Shown here piece by piece: positions 10,530 to 24,194 of a DNA stretch of 64,000 nt. Positions within the stretch are counted from its first letter, which is position 1, and each line of letters starts with the position of its first letter. The stretch comes from Macrostomum lignano (taxonomy: Eukaryota). The stretch is from positions 62,001 through 126,000 of the forward strand of contig NIVC01002735.1 in the NCBI GenBank assembly GCA_002269645.1, given 5' to 3'. Made by a program: the position numbers and the translations under genes. The notes under the pieces were generated by a model. The model made no database searches and was not told the origin of the DNA. It was given only the letters and a program-made list of their open reading frames with translations.

Positions 10530-12670
10530 ACTAGCTGAGACTTGGATTGTTGCACTGGCTGAGACTTGGATTGTTGCACTGGCTGAGACATGGATATTGC
10601 ACTGGCTGATACTTGGATTATTGCACTGGCTGGGACATGGATTATTGCACTTGCTGAGACATGGATTGTTGCACTTGCTGAGACTTGGATTGTTGCACTT
10701 GCTGAGACATGGATTGTTTCACCTGCTGAGACATTGATTATTGCACTGGCTGAGACTTGGATTGTTGCACTGGCTGAGACATGGATTGTTGCACTTGCTG
10801 AGACTTGGATTGTTGCACTGGCTGAGACATGGATTGTTTCACCTGCTGAGACATTGATTATTGCACTGGCTGAGACTTGGATTGTTGCACTTGCTGAGAC
10901 TTGGATTGTTGCACTGGCTGAGACTTGGATTGTTGCACTTGCTGAGACATGGATTGTTGTACTGGCTGAGACATGGATTGTTGCACTGGCTGAGACTTGG
11001 ATTGTTGCACTGGCTGAGACTTGGATTGTTGCACTTGCTGAGACATGGATTGTTGTACTGGCTGAGACTTGGATTGTTGCACTGGCTGAGACATGGATTG
11101 TTGCACTGGCTGAGACTTGGATTGTTGCACTGGCTGAGACATGGATTGTTGCACTGGCTGAGACTTGGATTGTTGCACTGGCTGAGACATGGATTGTTGC
11201 ACTTGCTGAGAGTTGGATTATTGCACTTGCTGAGACTTGGGTTGTTGCACTTGCTGAGACTTGGATTGTTGCACTTGCTGAGACTTGGATTGTTGCACTT
11301 GCTGAGACTTGGATTATTGCACTGGCTGAGACATGGATTATTGCGCTGGCTGAGACATGGATTATTGCACTGACTGAGACATGGATTATGGCGCTGGCTG
11401 AGACATGGATTATTGCACTGGCTGAGACATGGATTATGGCGCTGGCTGAGACATGGATTATTGCGCTGGCTGAGACATGGATTACTGCACTGGCTGAGAT
11501 ATGGATTATTGCACTGGCTGAGATATGGATTATTGCGCTGGCTGAGACATGGATTATTGCACTGGCTGAGATATGGATTATTGCACTGGCTGGGACATGG
11601 ATTGTTGCACTTGCTGAGACATGGATTGTTTCACCTGCTGAGACATTGATTATTGCACTGGCTTAGAAAGGGATTATTGCACTAGCTTAGAAAGGGATTA
11701 TTGCACTAGCTTAGAAAGGGATTATTGCACTAGCTTAGAAAGGGATTATTGCACTAGCTTAGAAAGGGATTATTGCACTAGATTAGAAAGGGATTATTGC
11801 ACTAGCTTAGAAAGGGATTATTGCACTAGATTAGAAAGGGATTATTGCACTAGCTTAGAAAGGTATTATTGCACTAGATTAGAAAGGGATTATTGCACTA
11901 GCTTAGAATGGGATTATTGCACTAGCTTAGAAAGGGATGACTGCACTAGCTTAGAAAGGGATTATTGCACTAGATTAGAAAGGGATTATTGCACTAGCTT
12001 AGAAAGGGATTATTGCACTAGCTTAGAAAGGGATTATTGCACTAGCTTAGAAAGGGATTATTGCACTGGCTTAGAAAGGGATTATTGCACTGGCTTAGAA
12101 AGGGATTATTGCACTAGCTTAGAAACGGATTATTGCAGTAGCTTAGAAAGGGATTATTGCACTAGCTTAGAAAGGGATTATTGCACTAGCTTAGAAAGGG
12201 TTATTGCACTAGCTTAGAAAGGGATTATTGCACTATAGCTTAGAAAGGGATTATTGCACTAGCTTAGAAACGGATTATTGCACTAGCTTAGAAACGGATT
12301 ATTGCACTAGCTTAGAAAGGGATTATTGCACTAGCTTAGAAAGGGATTATTGCACTAGCTTAGAAAGGGATTATTGCACTAGCTTAGAAAGGGATTATTG
12401 CACTAGCTTAGAAACGGATTATTGCACTAGCTTAGAAACGGATTATTGCACTAGCTTAGAAACGGATTATTGCACTAGCTTAGAAACGGATTATTGCACT
12501 AGCTTAGAAACGGATTATTGCACTAGCTTAGAAAGGGATTATTGCACTAGCTTAGAAAGGGATTATTGCACTAGCTTAGAAAGGGATTATTGCACTAGCT
12601 TAGAAAGGGATTATTGCACTAGCTTAGAAAGGGATTATTGCACTAGCTTAGAAAGGGATTATTGCACTGG
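10530..12670. repeat. Compound 24-bp minisatellite: TTGCACTGGCTGAGACTTGGATTG (to ~11664), then TTGCACTAGCTTAGAAAGGGATTA
   Basis: Both units are 24 bp; they give the (ALAETWIV)n and (SLERDYCT)n pseudo-ORFs. Confidence 0.97.
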
Positions 12671-13037
12671 CTGTGAGTAAATGGCAATATGTTTCATTAT
12701 CTCTGAAGAGCTGCTGTTTCCGTGTGTGAAGCTCGAACTGACTTGATCGCAAGTGGCATTTACAGAAATAAAAGATATATTGAAATTGAAACAAAATTTC
12801 AATGTATACGTGTCAGATGAGCAAAGAAGACTTTTAAGTTGGGCATGCCTAGCAAGGCTCCAGGTACTACTAAGTAATTACTAACGAACTCGTTTAAGCA
12901 AGAGCCGTTTGCTGGCGAAATAAGTGTCCAGCCCGAAAGATACACAATCCTTGATTTCATTGATTTCATTGATTAAGTTCGCAGTCTGTGTCAAAGTGAA
13001 TTTTATTCACTTCTCTCAGTAGTTCAGAGCCGACAAT

Positions 13038-13328
13038 ATGCAATACCGATAGCAATGCAATACCGATAGCAATGCAATACCGATAGCAATGCAATACCGA
13101 TAGCAATGCAATACCGATAGCAATGCAATACCGATAGCAATGCAATACCGATAGCAATGCAATACCGATAGCAATGCAATACCGATAGCAATGCAATACC
13201 GATAGCAATGCAATACCGATAGCAATGCAATACCGATAGCAATGCAATACCGATAGCAATGCAATACCGATAGCAATGCAATACCGATAGCAATGCAATA
13301 CCGATAGCAATGCAATACCGATAGCAAT
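13038..13328. repeat. 17-bp minisatellite CAATGCAATACCGATAG (mirror 53820-54588, ~2.6x longer)
   Basis: Near-perfect tandem units. Confidence 0.97.
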
Positions 13329-13551
13329 ACAAAAAGCCAAAAAAATTACAAGGTAACTACAAACGCTGGCTGCACAACAGCAGTGAATTGTCAATGGCAA
13401 TTATAGCAATTTTTTAAGCTACTTTAAAATACTGGAGAAGAAAAGTTAGCTTTATGATGTTGGCTGGGAGTTATATTGATTACATAATCAGTAAAAAGAA
13501 ACAACATGGAAAAAGTGCTTGTGGCAAGAACAGCGAATAAACGAGTTGATA

Positions 13552-13625
13552 GTCAGTCAGTCAGTCAGTCAGTCAGTCAGTCAGTCAGTCAGTCAGTCAG
13601 TCAGTCAGTCAGGCAGTCAGTCAGG
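13552..13625. repeat. (TCAG)n microsatellite overlapping the SKP1 stop (mirror 53341-53573)
   Basis: About 17 units on the left and about 58 on the right. Confidence 0.97.
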
Positions 13626-14168
13626 CAGTGAGTCAGAGCTTTTCTCCTCCGGCGGGTCGTGGCACCAGGCGAGCTCCTGCCTGACCTGCTCCTCCTCCTG
13701 CGGCGTCAGGTCGCACTTGATGTTGAAGGTTTTGCGAATGTCTTCCGGGCCGCGGCCGCGGATCATATCGGCAACGGCCAGACAGCAGGCGTCAACGAGG
13801 CCGCGGACGTCTAGGTAGGCGGCGGCCTGCAGCAGCTCGAACAGGCAGACGGGCTCCAGGTTGAGGAACTCGCTGTCCCACACGCTGAAGACCGCGCCGC
13901 CCCCGCCACTGCCGTAGACGCCGCTAGCGACGCTGCCGAGCTGCAGGCGGTTCTCGTCGTCCTCGGGCGGCGCCGGGTCGTCCCGATGGTGCGCGCACCA
14001 GGTGGCCACGCGACGTAGCGTCGCCGAGGTGACGTTCGGCACGGGGATCTCGTGGCCATCGCCGCCGGGGTAGTCGGCCAGCCGGCGGAGTCGCTCGGAG
14101 AGCCGCAGAGCGTCCGAGTCCAGCTCGATGATCTCATTGTCGCTGCTGAGCAGCTTCACGTTGGGCAT
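13617..14168 (-). CDS. SKP1: SKP1 family protein, intronless (183 aa from MPNVKL)
   Basis: MPNVKLLSSDNEIIE, IPVPNVTSATLRRVATWCAHH, WDSEFL, LFELLQAAAYLDVRGLVDACC..VADMIRG..PEDIRKTFNIKCD.TPQEEEQVR.E..WC are all canonical Skp1 motifs. Confidence 0.93.
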   Translation of the reverse strand: MPNVKLLSSDNEIIELDSDALRLSERLRRLADYPGGDGHEIPVPNVTSATLRRVATWCAHHRDDPAPPEDDENRLQLGSVASGVYGSGGGGAVFSVWDSEFLNLEPVCLFELLQAAAYLDVRGLVDACCLAVADMIRGRGPEDIRKTFNIKCDLTPQEEEQVRQELAWCHDPPEEKSSDSLPD

Positions 14169-16137
14169 GGCGGGGCTGCAACTGAGCCAGTTTGCGGACC
14201 GCATGGTAACAAAAATCCTACTCAATATTTTTAAGTCCAGCTCAATACATACATCAAATGGTTCATCTAGCTCGTAATGCTAAGTCACCATTGTATTTAT
14301 CTCGAATTCATTTTTTTACATGTATCAATAAATCATTGATGATAGTCAATGTGATAAAAACGTAGATGCAAAAAGTCTATTTTTGTTTCAGAAAACTCTG
14401 CAACTCAGGTGGTTTTTTGGATTATTTTTACCCATCATTGGTTCATGGTCCACCCTGTGCAAAATATAAAGCTTTGAAGTCTAAAAGATTTCATAAAAAT
14501 ACAAACTAATTATTATTAATAAATTAGTTAATAAATTATTATTAATAAATGGGTAAAATTGAACACTAATTCAGTAAACAAACAATATCTGTTCAATTTT
14601 GTTTGAAATTCCTTTGTAAAAGTCCAGATAAATTTCCTTTGTAAATAAATAAACAAGTATAAATATAAAATGCATTAGATTTAAGTTTGGCTAACAATTT
14701 AACTGATTAGATTTTTATTGGTTGGTATATTGCCTGTTTGACAGTCCCTAAGAAGATCTCTTCAAATCTCTATTTGTGAGTGAATATTTATCCAGAGTAA
14801 ATTGATAAAGGGAGAAGTATTGAAAACGAGAATATGAGTATATTTTATTATACCAGAGATTCACTCAAATATTTGACAATGAAATATTGTGCCAATGTGG
14901 CTATAATTTTCTGAAAAGAACTCCATTAAATACTGGCATTTTAGTTAAAATCAAAACTTCTTGCAATCTCGCTAGTCACTGAAACACTGATCACTTAGCT
15001 TAGACTTTCTCGTTTTAAGGATTTTTCGGCCTTTCCGAGTGTTTCAGTCCGGTCCATCGTTTTAAGCATTGTTGCAAATATATGTATCATCCTTAAATAG
15101 AATAAAAATCAAACCAATAGAATCAATGTGTAGTGGATCATGCTTCTGTCTTGTATAAATTATATTATTTTAATTCTTTGCTCTATTCACGAGTTTTAGA
15201 TAGCTAATTTTAGTATATGGGTTATGACACGTGGTGTTAAAAGTTATGAATTTTATACGTTAAAATAGCTGTTTGGTATCCATGGTATTTAAGTGCGCAG
15301 CTTTAAACAAATCAGCATTGGTGTATATTATTCATTATTAAAGATAAATAATATTCTTTATCTATTCTTTGGTTGAGGATACTAATATTATTACAGATAA
15401 AATTTATGATATTAAAACTAAGAAAAGAAATCTAACATTCTGGTGTATGCGCGCACATTTACGTCTAGAAGTGAGTAATGTGGACTAATGTGAGTAGTTG
15501 GGACGATTTTACGCTCGTATGTGATCTCGGAGTCAAGCAAAAAGGGGAATAAGAGTTCTGTAATTAAAGAACATTAGCATTGAGGATCAAGTTTTAGATA
15601 AAGTTATGCAATAAGTACTTATAGCTGATTCTACTACATGTATAAACGTGCAATATACATTAACAGTTTGTCTGTCACTGAACTACTTGACTATAAATTA
15701 AGTACAGATAATATAGGCATTACCAGGTCAGATGTAAGAAATTTTCGATTACTGAATGATTTTTAGTCTAATTAAATAGTAAAAACCAGGTTCCGTGAGA
15801 TCCCGAATTCCTGCAACAATTACACTGTACATGTACATGTAGGACCATGATTTGTTGAGCATGATTCCAGTAAATCCGCAGTAACAGTACATAGCTATGC
15901 ACGCGTGCAAACAGGGAAATGACAGTAGGTAAATATAGTGGGTTAAAGGTGAGAAATACAGTGTTTCTTGGTTCGATAGATGCATTGTTTCTCAATGCAT
16001 GGCCGTGATAAAAGTAGCTTTACATTTACATTGTAAATGTACATGCACAAGCAAGTACGCTGTACAATATACATATAGTAGGTCTTACGGTACTCTTTGT
16101 CGAAAACAATGCTGTACGGTCCAGTACTTTTACGAAA

Positions 16138-16745
16138 CTAAACAAAGAATTCTCGTTTTATCGTCTGCTGAGCATGCTGATGAGACCCTGCAGGTCGACG
16201 ACCGCTGCGCCACCTTTGCGACACTGCCGCTGCAGCTCCGGCGTCGTCCGACGCAGCCACGCAGTCCACACTCTCCTGCCGCACCAACAGGAAGCTCGCA
16301 GCCGCTGTTGTGCTGGACGCTTCCCTTGCTGACAGTCCGCATCGCCAGTTCGACACGACCAGGTCCTCCGTGCAGGGAATCAGCAGAGTTGAGGACGCCT
16401 GCCGCAGGATCGGTTCGGTCGGCGCTTCCAATGCGGCTTCGCAGTCGCTGCAATCAAGACTGCTCCCGCCGGTTCTCCTTGGACAGCAGCAGCGGCAGCA
16501 CTGACTGCGGACACCGGCGTCAGATTCTTCGTCATCGTCACTGTCGCTTCGTCGAGTCTGAATAACGGCCTTCAGCACGCAGACAGTGAACAATAAGCTG
16601 GCCAGGACCGACACGGCCACGGCTGTGGAGATCACTGCGATACGAGCTGACGGGGCCACACCGGCTGATGACAGCTTCGTTGGCGGAGGGCCGTCGTCGC
16701 CAAGAGTTCAGGCGGGAATGACATAGACGAAGATGCTACATTCAA
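16138..16745 (-). CDS. Mirror copy of the single-pass membrane protein ORF (1-bp deletion near 16686)
   Basis: Reverse complement of 50214-50822; ORF 16138..16659 intact downstream of the indel. Confidence 0.45.
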
Positions 16746-17544
16746 TAAGAGCTGGTCTAATGTGGACTCTAATCTGGGATTACCGAAGAAGAATTAGGAG
16801 AGGGAGACGAGCCGCCAGGACTGGGAGCTCCAAATCAAAATGAGCTTGGAATTGAGTAAAATGGCATCTCAATTTGCCAACCCGGCTCTGATGATCCTAT
16901 TGGAGGCACTCGCCCGGGGCCAGGAGGGGAGAGCAGATCGGGGGACAGGGACTGGAGGGGACTGGAGGACTTAGGATTGCTTGAGCAGTGTGCCACTGCG
17001 CTGTGCCGTGACTCAGTTCACCCGAAATCCTCCCGCTGAGGAAGGCTTTGAGCCGGCGGTGATACAAGGACAGCGCGGGAGGGAAGGAGAAACGGTAAAG
17101 TAACTTCCCTCCGTTTTTTCTGATCAAGCGACGCAGTTTACTTGCGGCAGCAAGTTTCCAGCTCAGGAAGGCTGGAGCTGTCGGCGGTCTGTACTTGCCC
17201 ATAGAAAAGCCTTTGCGAGGTTACAGAGGGCCACTTGAGGCCCAAACTGTGACAGCTCAGGCAACTCAGCCTTGCTTCCTCTGAGCCAAATGTTTTGCCA
17301 TGGCCTTACTATAGAGCAGCGCTCTCCAGCTTAACATCTTCCGCCGCGGCCAAACCGTTCCGGCCACTTTTAGCTCCTATAAAGAGGCTTCACCCTATCT
17401 CGCTTCGGCGTCCCCGCTCAGAGAAGAGGTTGTTTGTAAGTGCGGGGCCTGTGACTGGAAATTGGCGCCAGTCACATTCATTGCAATGCCTGACCATTTC
17501 ATAGAAAGTAAATCTGGCAATCCAGCAGATCCCCGATCTCCCTA

Positions 17545-20500
17545 TCAGGTCTCTAATCTCACCATCAGATCTCCAATCTCAGCATCAGATCTCCAATCTC
17601 ACCATCAGATCTCCAATCTCACCATCAGATCTCCAATCTCACCATCCGATTCTTAATCTCACCATCAGATCCCCAATTTCACTATCAGATCCCCAATCTC
17701 ACCATCAGATCTCCAATGTCCAATCTCACAATCAGATCTCCAATTTCACTATCAGATCCCCAATCTCACCATCAGATCCCCAATTTCACTATCAGATCTC
17801 CAATCTCACCATCAGATCTCCAATCTCACCATCAGATCCCCAATCTCACCATCAGATCCCCAATTTCACTATCAGATCTCCAATCTCACCATCAGATCCC
17901 CAATCTCACCATCAGATTCCTAATCTCAACATCAGATTTCCAATCTCACTATCAGATCCCCAATTTCACTATCAGATCTCCAATCTCACCATCCGATTCC
18001 TAATCTCACTATCAGATCTCCAATCTCACCATCCGATTCCTAATCTCACTATCAGATCTCCAATCTCACCATCAGATCTCCAATCTCACCATCCGATTCT
18101 TAATCTCACCATCAGATCCCCAATTTCACTATCAGATCCCCAATCTCAACATCAGATCTCCAATGTCCAATCTCACAATCAGATCTCCAATTTCACTATC
18201 AGATCCCCAATCTCACCATCAGATCCCCAATTTCACTATCAGATCTCCAATCTCACCATCAGATCTCCAATCTCACCATCAGATCTCCAATCTCACCATC
18301 AGATCTCCAATCTCACCATCCGATTCCTAATCTCACCATCAGATTTCCAATCTCACAATCAGATCCCCAATCTCACCATCAGATCTCCAATCGCACCATC
18401 AGATCCCCAATCTCACTATCAGATCTCCAATCTCACCATCAGATCTCCAATCTCACCATCCGATTCCTAATCTCACCATCAGATTTCCAATCTCACTATC
18501 AGATCTCCAATCTCACCATCCGATTCCTAATCTCACCATCAGATCCCCAATCTCACCATCAGATCTCCAATCTCACCATCAGATCTCCAATCTCACCATC
18601 CGATTCCTAATCTCACCATCAGATTTCCAATCTCACCATCAGATTTCCAATCTCAGCATCAGATTTCCAATCTCACCATCAGATCCCTAATCTCACCATC
18701 AGATCTCCAATCTCACCATCAGATCTCCAATCTCACCATCCGATTCCTAATCTCACCATCAGATTTCCAATCTCACTATCAGATCTCCAATCTCACCATC
18801 AGATCCCCAATCTCACCATCAGATCCCCAATCTCACCATCAGATTTCCAATCTCACCATCAGATTTCCAATCTCACCATCAGATCCCCAATCTCACCATC
18901 AGATCTCCAATCTCACCATCCGATTCTTAATCTCACCATCAGATCCCCAATTTCACTATCAGATCCCCAATCTCAACATCAGATCTCCAATGTCCAATCT
19001 CACAATCAGATCTCTAATTTCACTATCAGATCCCCAATCTCACCATCAGATCCCCAATTTCACTATCAGATCTCCAATCTCACCATCAGATCTCCAATCT
19101 CACCATCAGATCTCCAATCTCACCATCAGATCTCCAATCTCACCATCCGATTCCTAATCTCACCATCAGATTTCCAATCTCACTATCAGATCTCCAATCT
19201 CACCATCCGATTCCTAATCTCACCATCAGATCCCCAATCTCACCATCAGATCTCCAATCTCACCATCAGATCTCCAATCTCACCATCCGATTCCTAATCT
19301 CACCATCAGATTTCCAATCTCACAATCAGATCCCCAATCTCACCATCAGATCTCCAATCGCACCATCAGATCCCCAATCTCACTATCAGATCTCCAATCT
19401 CACCATCAGATCTCCAATCTCACCATCCGATTCCTAATCTCACCATCAGATTTCCAATCTCACTATCAGATCTCCAATCTCACCATCCGATTCCTAATCT
19501 CACCATCAGATCCCCAATCTCACCATCAGATCTCCAATCTCACCATCAGATCTCCAATCTCACCATCCGATTCCTAATCTCACCATCAGATTTCCAATCT
19601 CACTATCAGATCCCCAATCTCACCATCAGATCTCCAATCGCACCATCAGATCCCCAATCTCACTATCAGATCTCCAATCTCACCATCAGATCTCCAATCT
19701 CACCATCCGATTCCTAATCTCACCATCAGATTTCCAATCTCACTATCAGATCTCCAATCTCACCATCAGATCCCCAATCTCACCATCAGATCCCCAATCT
19801 CACCATCAGATTTCCAATCTCACCATCAGATTTCCAATCTCACCATCAGATCCCCAATCTCACCATCAGATCTCCAATCTCACCATCCGATTCCTAATCT
19901 CACCATCAGATCCCCAATCTCACAATCAGATCTCCAATCTCACCATCCGATTCCCAATCTCACCATCAGATTTCCAATCTCACCATCAGATTTCCAATCT
20001 CACCATCAGATCCCCAATCTCACCATCAGATTTCCAATCTCACCATCAGATTTCCAATCTCCCCATCAGATTTCCAATCTCAGCATCAGATCCCCAATCT
20101 CACCATCAGATTTCCAATCTCACCATCAGATTTCCAATCTCACCATCAGATCCCCAATCTCACCATCAGATTTCCAATCTCAGCATCAGATTTCCAATCT
20201 CACCATCAGATCCCTAATCTCACCATCAGATCCCCAATCTCACCATCAGATCCCCAATCTCACCATCAGATTTCCAATCTCACCATCAGATCCCCAATCT
20301 CACCATCAGATTTCCAATCTCACCATCAGATCTCCAATCTCAGCATCAGATCCCCAATTTCACTATCAGATCTCCAATCTCACCATCAGATCTCCAATCT
20401 CACCATCAGATCTCCAATCTCACCATCAGATCTCCAATCTCACCATCCGATTCCTAATCTCACCATCAGATTTCCAATCTCACAATCAGATCCCCAATCT

Positions 20501-23030
20501 CACCATCAGATCTCCAATCGCACCATCAGATCCCCAATCTCACTATCAGATCTCCAATCTCACCATCAGATCTCCAATCTCACCATCCGATTCCTAATCT
20601 CACCATCAGATTTCCAATCTCACTATCAGATCTCCAATCTCACCATCAGATCCCCAATCTCACCATCAGATCCCCAATCTCACCATCAGATCTCCAATCT
20701 CACCATCAGATCTCCAATCTCACCATCCGATTCCTAATCTCACCATCAGATTTCCAATCTCACTATCAGATCCCCAATCTCACCATCAGATCTCCAATCG
20801 CACCATCAGATCCCCAATCTCACTATCAGATCTCCAATCTCACCATCAGATCTCCAATCTCACCATCCGATTCCTAATCTCACCATCAGATTTCCAATCT
20901 CACTATCAGATCTCCAATCTCACCATCAGATCCCCAATCTCACCATCAGATCCCCAATCTCACCATCAGATTTCCAATCTCACCATCAGATTTCCAATCT
21001 CACCATCAGATCCCCAATCTCACCATCAGATCTCCAATCTCACCATCCGATTCCTAATCTCACCATCAGATCCCCAATCTCACAATCAGATCTCCAATCT
21101 CACCATCCGATTCCCAATCTCACCATCAGATTTCCAATCTCACCATCAGATTTCCAATCTCACCATCAGATCCCCAATCTCACCATCAGATTTCCAATCT
21201 CACCATCAGATTTCCAATCTCCCATCAGATTTCCAATCTCAGCATCAGATCCCCAATCTCACCATCAGATTTCCAATCTCACCATCAGATTTCCAATCTC
21301 ACCATCAGATCCCCAATCTCACCATCAGATTTCCAATCTCAGCATCAGATTTCCAATCTCACCATCAGATCCCTAATCTCACCATCAGATCCCCAATCTC
21401 ACCATCAGATCCCCAATCTCACCATCAGATTTCCAATCTCACCATCAGATCCCCAATCTCACCATCAGATTTCCAATCTCACCATCAGATCTCCAATCTC
21501 AGCATCAGATCCCCAATCTCACCATCAGATTTCCAATCTTACCATCAGATTTCCAATCTCACCATCAGATCCCCAATCTCACCATCAGATTTCCAATCTC
21601 ACCATCAGATCTCCAATCTCAGCATCAGATCCCCAATCTCACCATCAGATCCCCAATCTCACCATCAGATTTCCAATCTCACCATCAGATCCCCAATCTC
21701 ACCATCAGATTTCCAATCTCACCATCAGATCCCCAATCTCACCATCAGATTTCCAATCTCACCATCAGATCTCCAATCTCAGCATCAGATCCCTAATCTC
21801 ACCATCAGATCCCCAATCTCACCATCAGATCCCCAATCTCACCATCAGATTTCCAATCTCACCATCAGATCCCCAATCTCACCATCAGATTTCCAATCTC
21901 ACCATCAGATCTCCAATCTCAGCATCAGATCCCCAATCTCACCATCAGATCCCCAATCTCACCATCAGATTTCCAATCTCACCATCAGATCCCCAATCTC
22001 ACCATCAGATTTCCAATCTTACCATCAGATTTCCAATCTCACCATCAGATCCCCAATCTCACCATCAGATTTCCAATCTCACCATCAGATTTCCAATCTC
22101 ACCATCAGATCCCCAATCTCACCATCAGATCCCCAATCTCACCATCAGATTTCCAATCTCACCATCAGATCCCCAATCTCACCATCAGATTTCCAATCTT
22201 ACCATCAGATTTCCAATCTCACCATCAGATCCCCAATCTCACCATCAGATTTCCAATCTCACCATCAGATCTCCAATCTCAGCATCAGATCCCCAATCTC
22301 ACCATCAGATCCCCAATCTCACCATCAGATTTCCAATCTCACCATCAGATCCCCAATCTCACCATCAGATTTCCAATCTCACCATCAGATCCCCAATCTC
22401 ACCATCAGATTTCCAATCTCACCATCAGATCTCCAATCTCAGCATCAGATCCCTAATCTCACCATCAGATCCCCAATCTCACCATCAGATCCCCAATCTC
22501 ACCATCAGATTTCCAATCTCACCATCAGATCCCCAATCTCACCATCAGATTTCCAATCTCACCATCAGATCTCCAATCTCACCATCAGATTTCCAATCTC
22601 ACCATCAGATTTCCAATCTCACCATCAGATCCCCAATCTCACCATCAGATTTCCAATCTCACCATCAGATTTCCAATCTCCCCATCAGATTTCCAATCTC
22701 AGCATCAGATCCCCAATCTCACCATCAGACTTCCAATCTCACCATCAGATTTCCAATCTCACCATCAGATCCCCAATCTCACCATCAGATTTCCAATCTC
22801 AGCATCAGATTTCCAATCTCACCATCAGATCCCTAATCTCACCATCAGATCCCCAATCTCACCATCAGATCCCCAATCTCACCATCAGATTTCCAATCTC
22901 ACCATCAGATCCCTAATCTCACCATCAGATCCCCAATCTCACCATCAGATCCCCAATCTCACCATCAGATCCCCAATCTCACCATCAGATCCCCAATCTT
23001 ACCATCAGATTTCCAATCTCACCATCGGAA
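17545..23030. repeat. 5.5-kb 20-bp satellite (CCAATCTCACCATCAGATCT and variants)
   Basis: Strict 20-bp period, about 270 units. Confidence 0.98.
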
Positions 23031-24194
23031 CCCCAATATCAAGCTTGAAAAAAAGAATATGAAGCCAGAAGTCTAAAAGTTGAGCAAATTTGCATACATC
23101 CAAAGCCTGATGCAAGTCTCATTGGCATTATAGAAAGAGTTGAAATTTTTCTTAATTTTGCTTGACTAACTTAGTTTTTTAGAAGTAGATACTCATTTAC
23201 TACTATTAGTTAGTAGTACTGTGTTAATTGTTTTTACGCTCGTTTCTCCTAATCTTTTGTTTTTTAGTCCAATCATCGGATATGATTCACGCAGAATGTG
23301 ATTCTAAAGAGTCTCCAAAATGAGATTTAAGAAAAGCAAGTCATCAAAAGATGAACATTGGGTCAGCCTCCTATCAAAGGCAGTAACAATTTTTGTGCTA
23401 AAATAATGAAAACCTCCATCTCCGTTAAGTATTTTTTTCTGTAAAAGCTGCCTCCTAAAATGTTCCAAGAAACGTACGAGCGTCTCGTAGTTTCCCTACT
23501 TGAGTAGCCCTTGTTATCAAACTTTGGGGGAAATTGTATTTGTAAATCAATTTGATTGCGGCAAAGCATCAAATTGAAAGCATGATGAATGCTTCAAATT
23601 GCACAGCTTTACTGGGAGAGGAGCAAGAAAGTACAGCAAACCTGCTCAATTCACTGCCTAAAGGTTAATTTCCCATACGTCAAAATTTAGCAAGTTTGAT
23701 TGAAATGATTCAAGATACTTGACAGCCAGTGGGTTTTATTGCAACACACAAAAGTACAAGTTTTGATTACCAGACGGCAGTGAAATATTGCCCGGAATTG
23801 TCAATCGTGTATTGATGCAAGGTTTGAAAATTGCCAAGAATAAAAGCTTTGCAATATTCGTCTGGAAAAAAAGTCGACAAAAATAGAGATAAAAATAATA
23901 ATCAATCAATCTAAAACGTATTTGAAATATTTATATCACATGACAAGCTCATTGACAAAATATAAGCATATTTTTGCAAACAAAGCTTCAAAAAGTGACT
24001 CCAGACTTCAGCCTGAGCAGTAAAGTCGAACAAAATAGTGGAGAAAAAAGGGATTTCCGGTGTACCTTAAAGTTCAAGACTCATTCTACTGCACTTATCT
24101 GAACAGTTTAAGCCCAGTGCTTCATATGAATAAGGTGAAAATATATTTCAGAGTGCTGTAAATGGGTTTTGTAATCGGCACAGCTAGGACTGTG

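Noticed and set aside
10590-11666. 358-aa ORF (ALAETWIV)n and its 382-aa mirror
   Set aside because: Stop-free frame of a 24-bp minisatellite; unit number differs between arms; no splice or start context.
12228-13400. (SLERDYCT)n and (LSVLHCYRYCIAIGIAL)n ORFs, and mirrors at 53751-54661
   Set aside because: Products of 24-bp and 17-bp tandem repeats.
17545-23030. Possible CRISPR array or repeat-spacer system
   Set aside because: Contiguous monomers with no unique spacers, no cas genes, and a eukaryotic intron-exon context.
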